Shown: positions 19,647-21,436 of the stretch, one piece after another
How the letters are laid out: each line of letters begins with the position of its first letter
Numbering within the stretch: the stretch's first letter is position 1
Source: Spongospora subterranea f. sp. subterranea
Lineage: Eukaryota
Direction of reading: 5' to 3'
DNA length: 21,436 bases
Assembly: GCA_049724395.1 (NCBI GenBank)
Contig: JAUGWO010000016.1
Coordinates: forward strand, 124,001 to 145,436
Notes under the pieces: generated by a model
What the model saw: the letters and a program-made list of their open reading frames with translations, nothing else
The model's database searches: none
Told to the model about the DNA's origin: nothing
Made by a program: the position numbers and the translations under genes

Positions 19647-21436
19647 TTAATTAGAAAAAGTACGTTCCATTGTGAAATAATCACCAATGCGCTGTAGATG
19701 CACATGATTGATATTCGGTTGCTCCTCGCTCCTTGGAAGGTGAACTTTGACAAAACTTTCGCGTTGTCGTCCAGTGTAGACACCACAATGCTCAACTTGA
19801 AGAAACGAGATAAGCCGAAGACTTCACATTCGCCGGCAACACCGTCACCGCTCTTGATGGCGTTAGCATCATCGATGGAATATACATCCTTCAGTTCCGG
19901 AAGCGTGAGCATATAGTCGACAACGCTGTCTATCATGGCGATGACATCTTCATCATCCTCCGAAACCATTCCTACCTTGTATCGGTAGATGCAGGCGAAC
20001 AAACTGGTAGTTGTGTTAAATGGGAGGTAGAAGTCTGGCTCAGTAATATGCATGCAAGGTAGGTATGGTATGGTATACAAAGGTTCGCGGGTTCTTATGG
20101 GTTGAGTAAGCTTGTGTACTACCAGGTTTTCCCTACTTCCGCCTGGCCGCTACAAGTAGATTGGGTATCCACTGAAGGAACCTGTTAGACCAGCTGGATT
20201 CAGCAACATAACCTGTCCTAACGACCACACCGAATGGGACCTGCCCCCACCTGAATACATTGCCTATCCAGAGTTTCCGAGTTTACTGCAAGCAGCTCGC
20301 TCTCCCACATTCATTAAAGGCCACGTGGTCAGACCTTCGTGCTCAACATTCATTCTACTTTTCCGTAATAAATGCAACCTTGGGGGGTCTCCCAATAATT
20401 CCATCACTCACGGGGTTTCGAACTCATGTCTAACACTCACCCGGACACGCCTGCCACCAACAGGGACAGGAAGGAACCAAGCTTTTGTGCAAGGTAGGGT
20501 CGCGTACTCCGATTCCAACAAGTCTCCGAATTCTTGTTGCCAGGCGACAGAATCGAAGTCGGAGTGGAACAGGGCCTTCAAGGGGGGATGCAACAACTCG
20601 ACATCGAAGTCGGAGGGATGGCATATGCCACAGACCTTAAAAGCCTTTGCCATATCCGCATCAAGCCTACTCTCTTGCCAATCCAATATCCATCGGGAAA
20701 CCAACTTGTACGGCGGAACCTTGACATTTCCTTGTTTGGTCTGCAAGCCCGGGTTTCCGAGCGCGTGGGCAACATATTTATCATAGCGATCATTGTAAAA
20801 CTGCTGGAAGGATCGGTTGATGCCAACATCGAGTGGTTGTAAGATGTTCGTCATGTTTGCCGGAACAATGGCAACGTACACATTGTATTTCTCAAGAAGC
20901 TTCTCGTTGAACATCTTAAGGTGACATGCGTAAGAATCGATGATATTTAACAACACTGGCTCTCGGCGAAACGCCGTTTGAACCCGTTTCAGCACAACGT
21001 CTTTAGCATGCTGCAGCAAGATCGCATCAGACCACATGCCCGTCTTGATCACGTCGACAAGCATTCCTTCTTCACAAACCGGCTTGTTTTTTTAACTTTG
21101 AAAACAAAACGTGCGGAGTCAAAAGCTTTCCATCGGATTGAACGGTGAAGGTGGCCGTTAGTCGCTTGTGTGAGCTCCCCCCTTTCCGTAGGAGCACCTC
21201 GCGGCTTCCAATCGTTGTTATCGTCGATTTCGGCTCAGTCTCGAAGTACCTTGGAACCTGGTCCATGTTGATGATATTGCACGGCTTTATATTGTGCTGT
21301 TCAATAACCTGATGAATACTCTTGATCCACTACTGCACGATTTGCCCAGCATTTTTGGGCAAGACCCTTGTGGATGTATGCCGCCTCGACACTAAATCAT
21401 GGCGATCTTTGAAACGAGTACACCATCCCTTTGACG
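19647..21436 (-). mobile_element. pogo-family (CENP-B HTH + DDE_1) transposase pseudogene, DD35D, with a C-terminal extension; runs off the right end of the window
   Basis: KGWCTRFKDRH, INMDQVP, KRLTATFTVQSDGKLL, GMW, IIDSYACH, VPANMTNILQPLDVGINRSF, with 35 residues between the 2nd and 3rd Asp. Premature TAG at 21330-21332 and a frameshift near 21090. Interrupted by the insert at 20064-20487. Confidence 0.92.
20064..20487 (-). mobile_element. 424-bp SINE-like / non-LTR insertion with ATACC tail and 11-bp TSD
   Basis: TSD TGCAAGGTAGG at 20053-20063 and 20488-20498. Removing the insert plus one TSD copy restores the transposase frame (EYATLPC-MHITEPDFY). A B-box-like GAGTTCGAAACCC lies near its 5' end. 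Confidence 0.88.

Noticed and set aside
17946..19751. Inverted repeats as TIRs of a composite element around the LINE
   Set aside because: The repeats are transposase coding sequence, and the LINE has its own TSD, so it inserted independently.

Overview
Eukaryotic DNA, judged from short 50-60 nt GT-AG introns; the taxon cannot be fixed from sequence alone. The left end holds an intact three-exon prohibitin-2 gene. It is followed by two intronless, duplicated genes for signal-peptide-bearing proteins with the motif set of AsaB/CmcJ/NvfI-type Fe(II)/2-oxoglutarate dioxygenases. Between those two genes lie a 120-bp tandem repeat, a 603-bp internally deleted mariner (Stowaway-type ends, TA TSD) and a long (CATAC)n microsatellite that looks like an expanded retroelement tail. 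From about 8 kb onward the window is a mosaic of decayed mobile elements: LINE endonuclease fragments, a Ty3/gypsy RT, a Ty1/copia pol, several pogo pieces, a 5'-truncated RNase-H LINE with poly(A) and a 12-bp TSD, and a 424-bp SINE-like insert with an 11-bp TSD inside a pogo transposase. This region also contains a truncated intron-bearing malate synthase pseudogene and a ~1.2-kb fold-back made of two more dioxygenase pseudogene fragments, capped at both ends by inverted 26-bp minisatellite arrays. The most notable candidate system is a diversifying, apparently secreted dioxygenase family sitting next to a hairpin-forming pseudogene pair of the same family. All family assignments come from motif recognition by eye, not database searches.
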